The notes below the pieces were generated by a model. That model saw only the letters and a program-made list of their open reading frames with translations, was not told the DNA's origin and made no database searches. 64,000 nt of DNA from Octopus sinensis (Eukaryota): positions 70,370,001 to 70,434,000 of the forward strand of contig NC_043008.1 in assembly GCF_006345805.1 (NCBI RefSeq). The letters are read 5' to 3'. Numbering within the stretch: the first letter of the stretch is position 1; every line of letters begins with the position of its first letter. The translations under genes and the position numbers were made by a program. Shown here in pieces: positions 50,271 to 63,670 of this stretch.

Positions 50271-52064
50271 TACTAACCAAAAGGAAGTTATAGTAAATAA
50301 AGCACCATTAGTTGTAGATATACAAAAAGAAGATAGTCAAGGCTGGAGTCTCTTTGAACACAGATTATCCTTGGATAGGTCTGACTTGGGGATAAAAAAC
50401 AATAATAATGTATTTGGTTCTAGTTCTTCATAGTTTAAGTTCAAATCATGTTGAGGAAGTGATTGACATTGGCAGGCTTACCATGTATGTACCAGTAATA
50501 TCTAGTGTGGGAGTCACCTGACCATACTCTCTATTAATAAAAGTTAGTGTTATCTTTTGTTAAACATAAAGAGCACATTCAACTTATATAGATGAGAGAG
50601 AGATTGTTTAGATGATATTAAGTTACACCATATTATATTGAACATGATGGAATGATTAGTTGCATAATGCAAATTACATAATTAAAGCTTAATTTCAAAT
50701 CATCAGAGAGGTATAACTTTTCTGTGTAACATTACTGGATTGAAAAGATGACACAATTCACCATTGTAAATTGGTGTAAACCAAATCAATATATATTCTA
50801 TGCTATGTGTATTTGTACATATACTTTTCCTTGTGAGTAACACTTAACCATTTGGAGCTATTGAATAGGTTCTGCTTTATATGATTTACTTTCTAAATCA
50901 TTTGACACGAGCTCTAAATTTTTGATACTGGCTGGATTAGTTCTGTTTATATTTTTGTACTCGAAAGTTCATTCTGCCATCTTCTTTGTCTCATAATGCT
51001 CAACTAATGTTTTTATGTTCATAAATTCTGATGATCAAATTAATTTTCTCCTTTTTCTCATTGATAAATCTAATCAATATAATATATATTATGCTATGCT
51101 TCATCAATATATATTTAATACACTCTATGTATTTGTATTTTCACTTATTCTGCTATTAATTATTCTACTTCATATATTCTACTGTATTCCACTATTATCC
51201 TTTATATTCAATTTACTGAGAGGTATCATGCATTCAACTTTAGCCTATTTACTTAGTATACTGCATGCATGTAATTCTTGCTTTAAGCAGAACAAAAAAT
51301 ATAATAATTTGAGATTACAGATTGAAACTTCAGAAGGTTAAGGTGTATTGGTGTCTCTTTATGTCTATACAAGAAATATTGTTCTTCTGGAACTTTTGTT
51401 GTGAATATGAATAGTAATGTTTATAATGTACATTTGTAGCTTTTGCACAGAATGTCTCAAATCTGTTGTAAATGTGCTGCCTTTGCATAAACTAAACCTG
51501 TCTCCCTTGAAAACCATTAGAAAATGTATGTAACCTGTTTGTAAGATTATGTACCCATGTGTAAATATGCATATAGTTTGGTAGTTTTGAATACACATAC
51601 ACATATGACATTTGTAAGTTTAGTTAGAACATTTATTGCAGAAAATGATATAATGTAGAATAATAAATGAATCATTGATTACACCATTATACATATTAAA
51701 AGTAATCAAACCTGTATAACTATTTGGGGAGTGATAAATATATTTTTTTTCTGGTTATTTTGACATTTTTATTTATATCTTTACACTCATTAGCAACTTT
51801 CATCATATACATTTTTCAATAATATCTGCATCATTATTGATGGTTCAGGTATTCTTGTATTTTATAAACAACCTCTCATGTTTTGTTTTGTACATTTCCT
51901 CTGTGTAAAACTCAAGCTTGAAATTCATAACAAAGGATACAAACAGAAATAGGAAGGGAGATCTAAATAGTGGTGATTGCGCAATTTAAAGTTGGATTGC
52001 ACTCAGCAAATACATGTATATATGTGTGTGTTGTGTGCGTGTGTGTGTGTGTGTGTGTGTGCTG

Positions 52065-52510
52065 TTAAGAAGCTTACTTCTCAACTGTGTGGTCTTGGGT
52101 TCAATTTCAATGTATGGTACTATATGCAAGTGTCTTCTGTAGCACAGGACCGAGTAAAGATTTTGAGTGGATTAGGTGGACAGAAACTGAGTGAATCCCT
52201 TAGTGTGAATGTGTGTGTATGTGTGTGTGTGAGAGAGAGAAAGAGACAGAGATAAAGTGAGAGAGAGTGTGTGTGTATACCCTTGTCTTGACATAACCTG
52301 ATGGTTGTAAATGGGATTTGTTGTCATACAAGCAAGGCTGCTCATTTCCAGTCTTCTGTGAAAGACATGTCTAACTATGTGGGAATATCACTTGCTTCTA
52401 AAGAGATGAGGGATGGAGACAAAAAGGGCATCTGGTCATAGAAAATCTGCCTCAACAAATTTCATCTGAGCCATGCATGCCAGAAATGTGGACATTAAAT
52501 AATCATCATT
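52065..52510 (+). mobile_element. SINE-A head with RTE-like tail (decayed)
   Basis: Same layout as 24485-24855. Confidence 0.65.
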
Positions 52511-54130
52511 ATCATTGTTTAATATCCATTCTCCATGATGGCATGGGCTGGATGGTTTGACAGGAGCTGGCCAACTGAGATGTACATAAGGAGAAAAATT
52601 TAAGCTATTTTCTAATAGACAAATATAATTCAGTTTTATCTCTTACAAAGAATTGAAGTCTGCTTTGTAAATCAACAAAGCATTTATAAATTTACTCAGA
52701 GCTCTCACTGACTGCAGCATCTAGCTGAGCTGAGCTATAACTATGAGGGTGCATAGAGACTCAACCAGCTAGTGATAGCAACAAAATTTGCCTCAAATAA
52801 TAACCTACTTCCTACATTCACCATTTATCAGACAAAATAATCCCTGGCTATGATAAAGAGTAATTAAATAAATATGTAAATAAATAAATGTGATGGTCAT
52901 GGCTGGATACATATAATAATAGATTCTGCTTGAAAACAGTTCTGGCTTGAGGGTTAAACAAATACAAATACAAAGAACTTGTTTACTGTTTACTGGCCTA
53001 ATTGAGTGTTCAAGCAGCCAGACCATCTTTGACCACTGGGCAGCCTTGGATGATCAGTTATGAACTACTGACCCATGCAGATAATCTGGCACAGTGACCA
53101 CTTGGCCAGTTAAGACTTTCATTATATCTTCTTTGTGGTGGTCAATATACATTTACCAAAAATCCTTGAAGCGCTATTTTCTGCTCTGGCTCAAAACCAC
53201 CATTAAAGTAAATCTAATAAATTCATAGACCATGCTACTTGTTCTTTTAACCATTATCTGGTCATCTGCCATTTCACAATTCCTGGGTCATCTTATTTTA
53301 TTTTTAGATATTGAACTCTTCTAAATGATCTTGCACATTTTATAAAGATTTTTCTTTATCATCATCATCATCATCATCTTCTTCATCATCTTCTTCATCA
53401 TTGTAGCCACTGATGCCTCATCATCATCATTGGCAGCTGCAGTTGGTGTATTTTTCTTTTGGGAACGAACTTACATTTTTACCAATAAACATTACTGGCT
53501 TAAAAACTTTATCAATGGTGGAGGGCTGGCAAGGTTGGGTGATGTATATTTGGGTGGGTAGTGGTAAAAATACAATTTGAAAGACTTTCAAGTCTTCATA
53601 TGTATATATGCAAACATGCATGCATACATACATACATACATACATACATACATACATACATACATACATTGCTGCATAAACACACATGCACACACAACTT
53701 TCATCAATTTAATCCCTTGACTTGGAAGATAAAATTGCTAATGAGGTGAATAAAACAAAAACGATATTCCAATAAAATATAAAGTTTTCTATGGTTTTTA
53801 TTCAATTTGCTAAACTCCAGAACATTGAACTCAAGAGGTGGGGAGACTCAGGCTGGTAGGAGGATAAGTATAGCTTCCAACAACTTGCTGAGCAAATGGT
53901 ATACTAGCTTCTCACAACCCAGTGAACTGGGTTCAATTCTCTGTTGATGGAATTGTTTCTTTATTTTGTCTTTATTTTATTATTTTTCTTTTGTAGGTTA
54001 GTTAGGAAGGCAGTGACCTTAACATATGTAGTTCTTTTGTTCCTTTCCATTTCCAAAATGGTCAAAGTGCTGTAACTGGTATCCTTTTTGAGGGATGGCT
54101 AATGTGATACAGCTGGTGTACTACTTTCAC

Positions 54131-54270
54131 ACCGGTCAAACTATTGTAGCTCATGTGCTTATCTGAGACTGGTCAAACTTATGTAGTCAATGCCCTCTTC
54201 TCTGAGTGGCCAAACTGTTGTAGCAGAGGGCCTCCTCTAAGACTGATCAAATTTTTGTAGCTGGTGCCCA
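54131..54270. repeat. Degenerate 37-bp minisatellite x about 3.7
   Basis: Units start at 54131, 54168, 54205 and 54242 (exact 37-bp period); shared core ACTGGTCAAACTxTTGTAGC. Confidence 0.85.
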
Positions 54271-54489
54271 CCCAGCCTAATCACTTGTAGGTAAACATGT
54301 GGACAAAGTAGGAACAGGGAGAAAAGTCTGATCGAAGTACTTACAGCTAAATAAACTCTCTCAAAGACTACATGTCCTCATGTTGTTATTTTTGTTAGGC
54401 CCCAGGTCAATCCTGATTCAGAAGACTTATGATCAAACACATTCCTGCTGTGATGACCCTATTATTTTGTATATATGTATTTATTTTTA

Positions 54490-54534
<45 letters not shown>

Positions 54535-54536
<2 letters not shown>

Positions 54537-56190
54537 TGGTTTGACTCAGGTTTGGTCTTATTCCTGGTAGGATTTACATGGGTAGCAGGTTATTACCTGT
54601 AACCTTAGGTATCTACAAGTTTTCATCTGTCCTTCAATAATCCTTGCTGTCTCTAAGAGACAAACTTTCTGTAGGAGCTCTAACGGGCATTCTATTCCAA
54701 TCTCCTTCAGCCATTTGTATATATCTTTGTCTACTGTTTCCAATGCATTAATTACTATAGGCACTACCATTACTGTTTGCATGCTCCAAATTCTTCCTAT
54801 TTTGAATTTTAAGGGATTGTATTTTTTTGTTTTTCTCCTTTTTTCATGATCCTGGAATCAGATGAACATGATGGGTCAATAGGTAAGCAACCTTGTTTTC
54901 CGTTCTGTATAATTGTTATGTCTGGTCTATTATTTTCTAACTTGTCCGTTTGAATAGGAAATTACTACAAAATTTTACATTTCTCCGACTTCTGTACTTT
55001 TGACTCAATGATTGTACCGTGTATTTCCAGTTTCAAATCACAATTTCTGGCACAGTTTCCAGTGTAAAATTTTACAACCTGGTTGTGCCTCCATTTCCTA
55101 TATTCTTCCTGTACCAACTTGGGATATTCTGCCACAATGTGTGCCACTGTCTCATTCCAAGTTCCACAAGCTCTACATTTTTCTGATACATTCCCTCCAT
55201 ATATATTTTTCTTAAGTTGTTTGTTTTTATTGCTTGATCTTGGGCTGCTACTATTAGACTTTCTGTTTCTTTTTTCAATTGCCCCTTTTTTAACCAAGCT
55301 CAGGATTTTGTTCCATATACATCTTCAGTGGATCCCCAAAATTGGTCATGCAGAGGTTTCTTTTCAATCTGTCTGGTGTGCTCTCCTTGTATTTCATTCT
55401 TGTCCTTTTTTCCTATTACATGCTTGATCATCTGTTCTTCATTTACTATCTTTATTTTTTCTGTGCTGCATTGTAAATACTCTATTAGGCTTTTCCTTTC
55501 CATCAGTACACATTCCTCTACTGCTATCAAGCCTCTTCCAGCCTGCTCTCTCCTCAAGTACAACTCTTTATCTGATTACAAGTACTGCTCTTGAATTTAT
55601 TGCTTCAATAAGATTTCTGGAATTCAGCTTTGACTGCAATAATTTTCTCACTCTCCTTGTGTACTCCCTACTGGTCATTTGTTTCTTTCCTTCATTTTTT
55701 GTTTCATCTGCTTCCAGTATTCCCAAGTACTTATCTCCCCGTCCTTTCTCAACTGCTCCCACTGTTTGCCCATTTGCATTTCAGTTTCTTGGTTTCTTTT
55801 TAATCTTCCTTGTTTCATTTTCAATATAGCACACTTTTCTAACCCAAATTCCATACCTATGTCATTTGGGAAAATGTGGATAGTGTGTACAAGACTTTCA
55901 AGCAGTTTCTCATTTTTCACATAAACCTTTGTTATTTATGAAAAGGAGATGATTTAGCTGACCATTTCCTTTACCCAAATCATAACCAATTTTAACTCTC
56001 TTTAGTATCATAGTAGGCAGTGTCATGGCCAGTACAAATAGCAATAGAGATAAGCTATCACCTTGGTATACTCCACATCTGATGTTCATTTTTCCGAATT
56101 TTTGTTTTCCTCTGATCAATTCAGTATTTCAATGTTTCATACTTTCCTTAAACATTTTCCTTGTGTTTTTGCTATTCCAAACATGTTCAT
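54535..56190 (-). mobile_element. 5'-truncated R4/Dong-clade LINE no.2, pseudogenised
   Basis: RCGVYQGDSLSLLLF, NHLLF, DIGMEFGLEKC, KYLG, LYL.R..GRGL-like, ETESLIVAAQDQAI.T, CRACG..ETVAHIV, VVPIVINAL, LQKVCLLETARI; long (AAT)n tail at 54490-54533. Confidence 0.92.
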
Positions 56191-56220
56191 AGTTATCATC
56201 ATCATCATCATCATAATCAT

Positions 56221-56612
56221 CAAGGTGGCAAGCTGGCAGAATTGTTAACATGCCAGAAAAGTGTTTAGTGGTATTTTAACTATCTTTACATTCTGAGTCC
56301 AAATTCCATTGAGGTCGACTTTTCATTTTCTTTGGGTCAATGAAACAAGTACCAGGTAAAAGCTGGGGATCAATGTAATCAACTTGACCTCTCCCTTGAA
56401 CTTGTTGGCCTTGTGCCGAAATTTGAAACCCTTATTATTATTAAGGCATCAAGGTGGCAGAATCATTAACATGTCAGACAAAAGGCTCAATGACATTTTG
56501 TTCATCTTCACGCTCTGAGTAGAAATGCTACCAAAATGGACTTTGCTTTATATTAGGGTCAATGTAATCAACCTATCCTCCCCCAAAATTGCTGACCTTG
56601 TGCTGAAATTTG
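56221..56612 (+). mobile_element. Two tandem SINE-B copies
   Basis: 56221-56432 and 56443-56612, separated by (ATT)n. Confidence 0.85.
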
Positions 56613-56639
56613 AAATCATGATCATGATCATCATCATCA

Positions 56640-56670
<31 letters not shown>

Positions 56671-56671
<1 letters not shown>

Positions 56672-57801
56672 GAGTGAGAGAGCAGTGCATGTCATCAAAG
56701 TGACACTGGGGTAAAATATACAAAGCCCAGTATACCCATCATGACTACCCATCAGTTTAGGATACACCAGGCACATGCATCACAACCATATCTGCACAAC
56801 ATGGTGATCTCATATCAAGAAAAAACAGTGCATGACCTTGCAAGTGGGGCCCAGTTAGAATTTTCTTCAGGTCGAGTAGCTCATCCCACTCAAAAGGTTC
56901 TTGAATAAGGGTTGTTTAAGAATGTTTCCAAAGGTGAATTATCCAAACCCCAAAGAGTTTCTCTCAAAACAAGGCTATGATGCTCCCCAACTTCTTCTGC
57001 TCATGATCAGAGATGCACATATCGTTAGCCACTAAGGGACATGCTCAACTGGTTATGGTCAAACAACTAACAAGCAAATCTGTGGTATTGAGCTGAATAT
57101 TTGTTGTAGCCCATCTTTTATACCAAGACAAAACAATGTATATGATAACACTTCCAATCAGTTAAGATAAGAAGCCATGAGAGCCACTGCCTAGTACTGC
57201 ATCAGACCATTATTATTATTATCATTATCATTATTATTATTATATTATTATTATTGAGTGAGAGAGCAGTGCATGTCATCAAAGTGACACTGGGGTAAAA
57301 TATACAAAGCCCAGTATACCCATCATGACTACCCATCAGTTTAGGATACACCAGGCACATGCATCACAACCATATCTGCACAACATGGTGATCTCATATC
57401 AAGAAAAAACAGTGCATGACCTTGCAAGTGGGGCCCAGTTAGAATTTTCTTCAGGTCGAGTAGCTCATCCCACTCAAAAGGTTCTTGAATAAGGGTTGTT
57501 TAAGAATGTTTCCAAAGGTGAATTATCCAAACCCCAAAGAGTTTCTCTCAAAACAAGGCTATGATGCTCCCCAACTTCTTCTGCTCATGATCAGAGATGC
57601 ACATATCGTTAGCCACTAAGGGACATGCTCAACTGGTTATGGTCAAACAACTAACAAGCAAATCTGTGGTATTGAGCTGAATATTTGTTGTAGCCCATCT
57701 TTTATACCAAGACAAAACAATGTATATGATAACACTTCCAATCAGTTAAGATAAGAAGCCATGAGAGCCACTGCCTAGTACTGCATCAGACCATTATTAT
57801 T

Positions 57802-57836
<35 letters not shown>

Positions 57837-57838
57837 TT
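56671..57838 (-). repeat. Apparently exact 584-bp tandem duplication of a 538-bp (AAT)n-tailed retro-like repeat
   Basis: Copy 1 starts at 56671 and copy 2 at 57255; the unique part ends at 57208 and 57792. I saw no mismatch by eye, and the two ATC interruptions in the flanking (ATT)n are also shared. Confidence 0.9.
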
Positions 57839-59849
57839 TTTTTTTTCTTATTTTTCATTATTATCATTATTATATTTATTTTTATTTTGTTGTTATTATT
57901 ATTGACAGCATGTTACAGGGCAGTGAGGATTTGGTGGAAATGATACAATAATGAACTAGATGTTGTAAACTTTTTTATTTACATTCATTCCTGTGTATTC
58001 TCAGCTCAAATTGCGCTGGGGTTGACCTTTAATTTTCATCCTTCCAGGGTCAAAAAAGTGATTAACTGTTGTAAACTGGCTACACCTCTTCTTTGATGTT
58101 GCAGATTTCACACCAGATTTGATCTCATACGCTAAGAACACACAGTTCATTTCTAATCACATGATCCATTCACTTTCTTATTTGAATCAGCTTAAAAACA
58201 ACAATAGCAGAAATAAATTTTAATTTATCTCAACAATTTGTTTTCAATTAAGCAATTAAGTAATTGTTGATTAAGTTAAGATTCATGAAAGAAAAACATT
58301 TTATATTCAATTTGTGGGTACCAAAAAAAAAAAAAGAAATGAAAAAACTGAATGCAAAAATAAAACAAAACTGAATTTAACGAAGGAATCAGACAAATTA
58401 TTTATTAATATACCTGTTTATAGAAAGTTGCTGTCACATGTCTAAGCTGTTTTTGCTAATGTTGTCTTCATCAAATATTAAATGAGAGAGTGGTGGGAAA
58501 TGCGTGTGGAGTGGGTTGATGGGCAACGTTGTGACATTCATGCATTTCCCAGAACATTAAAACTATATATTCTAACCTGTTTTATTTACTGTGTCAATGA
58601 CTAAGATACTTAGCCCTTAATAACACAGTCCACTTGGTTGTAAATAAATACAATCCACATAGATAACTGATCCACAATACATTACTGGTAATATATTCTG
58701 CCCCTCTCTCCTCTCACCCCAGGTGAGAATGAAGGCAAAGTCAACTTCAGCAGGATTTGAACTCAGAATTTTTTTCATTTATGTTACATCCATTTTTCCA
58801 TATAGACATCATTTTACAGCCTGATATCTTTCCTGTAACTAGTTTCTGCCATCAACCATTTTTCTAGTGAAGTTTCATATCTGGGACAATTTCAACCATT
58901 AGATAATATTTTGAATTTATTCTTTATGTTGTTATTTCTACCAAATTTATGTCTGTTTAGGAACTTCAAGATAATTTTATTTTGAAAAATCTTTCAAAAA
59001 TTTATTAAAGAAATTTTGTGTGTGCGTGTGTGTGTGTGTGTGGTGTGTTTTGGTTTGTTACAAATTAACCATATTTCTTTTATGGTAAAGACAGTCTTTC
59101 TAAAGAGTCAAATCTCATATGAAGAACATCTCTTATCAAAATGTGAGTGGGATGTTCTTAAAGTTGTTGCGGTAATAGGTTTTTGTTGTTGTTTAATTTT
59201 AAGTTAATGAACTCTCCCCAAGCTGAGGGCTTTATAGCCAAAGACATTCCAACTATGCCTATCCTGACTATTGGGGAGTATTTAGGACTGTGTTCCTTAA
59301 ATGGATGAAAGGCTAAGTTGCAGCAGAACTTGAACTCAGAATGCAACACTCACAGTCCAGGCATACTGCATAGTTAAGAAATTAACTTCAAAACCATGAG
59401 GTTTAGTGTTCAGTCCCATTATGTGCTATCTTGGAGAAAATATTTTCTATAGCCCTGAGCAACCAACCAGTACCTTGTGAGGGGATTTGGAAGATGAAAA
59501 CTGTACAAAGCCTTGCCCCCCCCCAACACACATAAACACATATATCTGTGTGTATTTCCTTACATCTATGTTTCTTCAAACCTTGTTAAGCTACACATAC
59601 TGAGATTGTTGTCATTTCATTTTCTCTGTCAACAATACATCTATCTGCAGGCTCTGCACTTTCAAAAATGTGTGTGATATATAAGACCCTAAATTGAAAA
59701 GCAAGTAAAGGTTAGTGATAGTAGTAGCATCCATCTACAGGACCTCAATAATATATTCCACTACCCCATGCTAACATGGGGAAAATGGTTGCAAAACCAG
59801 AGTAAGTTTGTTCCACATATAAGCATACATCATGAGTAAATATCACTAC

Positions 59850-60261
59850 TTTATTCTTTTTTTTATTCTTTTATTCTTTTACTTGTTTCAGCCATTTGAC
59901 TGCAGCCATGCTGGAGCACCACCTTTTGTCAAGCAAATCAATCCCAGAACTTATTCTTTGTTAGCCTAGTACTTATTCTATCGGTCTCTTTTGCCAAACT
60001 GCTAAGTTACGGGGACGTAAACACACCAGCATTGGTTGTCAAACGATGTTGGGGGGACAAACACAGACACACAAACATATACACACATACTTATATATGA
60101 TGGGCTTCTTTCAGTTTCTGTCTACCAAATCCACTCACAAAGCATTTGTCAACCTGAGGCTATAGTAGAAGACACTTGCCCAAGATGCCATGCAGTGGGA
60201 CTGAGCCCAGAACCATGTGGTTAGTAAGGAAGCTACTTACCACACAGCCACTCCTGCGCCT
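59850..60261 (-). mobile_element. Full-length SINE-A
   Basis: Reverse complement of 61478-61878 from the tRNA-like head to the (AAAAGAAT)n tail. Confidence 0.92.
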
Positions 60262-60634
60262 ATTGGTCTACTAGATCAGCGTTGATCAGGGGCTAAATAT
60301 TATCAACAACATCAACTTGTGCAGAAGAATCATTGGCGACTAAGTTTATAAACTGGACTACCACAACGAGTAGTGGACTTAATCCATCACCTGATCATCC
60401 TTAACAAGCTTTCAGAATAGCATTTCTTAACCAGGGTCTGTATGACTCTTCGGGGTCAATATATGATTTTTGGGAATCCACACAGCCAAAATAGTAAATT
60501 AGGTCCCCAATAGTATCTTATGGGTCCATGACAAATTTTTACTTTAGATGTATTTAGTGCAAGAACAAGTTTCTTTCTTTGATGTTTTACATAGTTCAGC
60601 TAACACAAATAATTGTGTGAAGCACCCAGCACAC

Positions 60635-60790
60635 TCTCTTCAGAAGTTGGCATTAGGAAGGGCATCCAGCCGTAGTAACCATGCCACAACAGACAATTGG
60701 AATCTGAACAGCTCCCTGCTAGCCAACTTCATGCCAAACCATCCAAAACATGCCAGCATGGAAAGCAGACATCAACGATGACGATGATAA
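60635..60790 (+). mobile_element. RTE 3' tail fragment
   Basis: GTTGGCATTAGGAAGGGCATCCAGCCGTAG...CATGCCAGCATGGAAAGCAGACATCAACGATGACGATG. Confidence 0.8.
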
Positions 60791-61477
60791 TAATGATGTT
60801 GAAGGAATGACTTTTGGTCCACTGCTTTAGAAGAATTCACTCTGTTATAAGGATTTCTGCTAGGTCTCTACTCTGAGTAAAAGCTAGAACTTGTGGTTTT
60901 TACTTCCTTTAGCCCTATCAATCCTAGATAGAGGCCCTCAAAATAAATAAATAAATAAAAACAAAGAGTGAAGTCATAGGGTCTGCTCCATTCTCTTCCC
61001 ATGAAGCCATAAAAATATGCTAAACTTCCCAAAGTTTGAATTTTTAAAATGATTAAATATTTTTCTTTCTTTTTTTTGTAATAAGATTTCTTCAAAGTTA
61101 TCTGATTATCTTAAAAATTTCTGCTCAGTTATCTGGCAATATATTATATTTTATTTTGTTTTTTTCTAATCATAACCAGTTTTATGTTTTAGTGTCTGTT
61201 GATTGCCAGCTCTATTTCTATTCTTTTAAAGATTTTTTTTTTTAAATTTAAAAAAACAATGCAAAAACATTTAAGATATCTTATTTCGGTAATGTAAGGC
61301 TTTATCACAGAAAATATAAAGTCTTATACAGACATATAAACAATGTGGATGCATATATGAATGCATTTATGTATATGTGTGTTATACTTTGTCAGCTGAA
61401 CGGAAACATTCACTAGCAAAAAACTGGAATACCAATGAAGACTTATCAACTTCATATATATATATATATATATATAT

Positions 61478-61878
61478 AGGAGTGGCAGTGTGGTAAGTAG
61501 CTTGCTTACCAGCCACATGGTTCCAGGTTCAGTCCCACTGCATGGCATCTTGGGCAAGTGTCTTCTACTATAGTCTCGGGTCGACCAAAGCCTTGTGAAT
61601 GGATTTGGTAGACGGAAACTGAAAGAAGCCCGTCGTATATATATATATATATATATATGCGTGTGTGTGTATATGTTTGTGTGTCTGTGCCCCACCATCG
61701 CTTGACAAACGATGCTAGTGTGTTTACGTGCCCGTAACTTAGCGGTTCAGTAAAGAGACCGATAGAATAAGTACTAGGCTTACAAAGAATAAGTCCTGGG
61801 GTCAATTTGCTTGACTAAAGGCAGTTCTCCAGCATGGCTGCAGTCAAAATGACTGAAACAAGTAAAAGAATAAAAGAA
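61478..61878 (+). mobile_element. Full-length SINE-A (tRNA-derived, internal TA/GT microsatellite)
   Basis: Box A-like TGGCAGTGTGG, box B GGTTCAGTCCC, CTTGGGCAAGTG block, tail GACTGAAACAAGTAAAAGAATAAAAGAA. Confidence 0.92.
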
Positions 61879-62212
61879 TATATATATATACACACACACA
61901 CGTTTTTATACTCAAACACATATATGTCTCAAAACACACACACACAGCTACATACGAACATTCATACATTCAGTCATATATAATAATTTGCATCTTCTCT
62001 GGGCACATATATGTTTCTGGTACTGAAGTCTTCATAAAAATGGACAGACACAGAGTTCCACATCAACAGAATAACATAGATTCATGAGCAAATATTACTG
62101 CTTTTATACACATTTGTTGTTAAAACGGAAGATATACATAATCATTTGAAAAATTCAAAGGCATACATATGCTCTGCTTGTTTATGAAAAAAAATGCTTA
62201 TAAGAAATTATC

Positions 62213-62493
62213 GCCTTGTGAGTGGATTTGGTAGACGGAAACTGAAAGAAGCCTGTCGTATATATGTATATATATATATGTATGTGTATGTTTGTGTGTC
62301 TGTGTTTGTCCCCCTAGCATTACTTGACAACCAATGCTGGTGTGTTTACGTCCCCGTCACTTAGCGGTTCGGCAAAAAGAGACCGATAGAATAAGTACCA
62401 GGCTTACAAAGAATAAGTCCCGGGGTCGATTTGCTCGACTAAAGGCGGTGCTCCAGCATGGCCGCAGTCAAATGACTGAAACAAGTAAAAGAG
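62213..62493 (+). mobile_element. 5'-truncated, CpG-rich (young) SINE-A
   Basis: Starts at GCCTTGTGAGTGGATTTGGTAGACGG; many CpGs intact. Confidence 0.9.
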
Positions 62494-62574
62494 AAAAAGA
62501 GAAAGAGAAAGAGAATTAAAAATACAATATAAAATATGAAATGCTATAGTAATCATAGAATTAAATACCTCACA

Positions 62575-62710
62575 TAAGTGCTGCTGTGGTTGTGCCATGA
62601 GAAGTTTACTTCACAACCACATGAACTTTGGACAAGTCTTCTATAGCCTTGGGCTGACCAAAGCCTTGTGAGTGTATTTGCTAGATGGAAACTGAAAGAA
62701 GTTCATCGTA

Positions 62711-62774
<64 letters not shown>

Positions 62775-63420
62775 CTAGCAGTATAGCCTGGCATTGCTTG
62801 GGCTTGTTTTTTAGTTGCGCTGAAAACGGCATACTTTGATGTCGCGTTAACAAAGTTTTGACATAGTTTCAGTCTTTTTTGAAAAGTAAAACTTTTGCAT
62901 TATGTAGCTTGTTATTCTCTTTAAGTGAACATTTTTCTGGTTGAAATACACTGAAAAATAGTGACACAGCAGTCAAAAAATTATAAAAAATAGGTATTTT
63001 CATAGAAAAAACGCACCTTTTTGATGTAAATAATTTTTGGTCTTAACATGGTCCTATTTGAATTTTTTCTTCTACAGAATGAAGAGCAAGTCTTTTTCTC
63101 TCATACTCTCAATTTTGGTCAACTTGAGCCGCAGGGTCTCGGAGGAGATAGTGTTAGTTGAAGGCTACCAAACCTGTCACATACACACACAGACTTTAAC
63201 TTTATATGTATAGATATGAATAAATATAGGCGCATGTGTCTCTGAGTCTGTGTTTGCCCACTACCACCACCACTTGACTACTGGTGTTGCTGTGTTTATG
63301 TCCCTGTAACTTATTAGTTCTGCAAAAGAGGCCAATCGAATAAGTACCAGAAGTTATTTGACTAAAAATGCTTCAAGATGGTGCCCCTGCATAGTCACAG
63401 TTTTATGATTGAAGAAAGTA
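62575..63420 (+). mobile_element. Decayed SINE-A split by a Helitron insertion in its (TA)n
   Basis: 5' half 62575-62710; 3' half about 63240-63420. Confidence 0.75.
62775..63214 (-). mobile_element. Non-autonomous Helitron-like element 3 (440 bp)
   Basis: Minus strand reads A|TCTATACATATAAAG..(GT)n ... GCCCAAGCAATGCCAGGC (decayed hairpin)..CTAG|T: canonical 5' TC, 3' CTAG, A|T insertion site, no TSD. Confidence 0.85.
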
Positions 63421-63670
63421 AGGGAGTATAAATTTGGCATCCACTTTTCCATGCTAGCATGGATCAGAGAGAATTCCTTAAGGCAGATTTCTATTCAATC
63501 TGATGTCATTTCCCATCACTAATTCTCACCTGTTTCTCAGCAAGGTAATATTTCTCATGACCAGTTATGTTTTCCACAAGGGAATAGAAGTGATCAACAT
63601 TGCTTCTATGACAGTAATACTTGTTTACAAACAGCATGTAATGTCAAAACAAGAATACACACACTAATAT

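Noticed and set aside
54131-54270. CRISPR-like repeat-spacer appearance
   Set aside because: The variable parts are related to one another, the repeats are degenerate, there are no cas genes and the DNA is eukaryotic.
58105-58223. Possible terminal exon DFTPDLISYAKNTQF...
   Set aside because: Only an acceptor-like signal next to a SINE remnant; no homology recognised.
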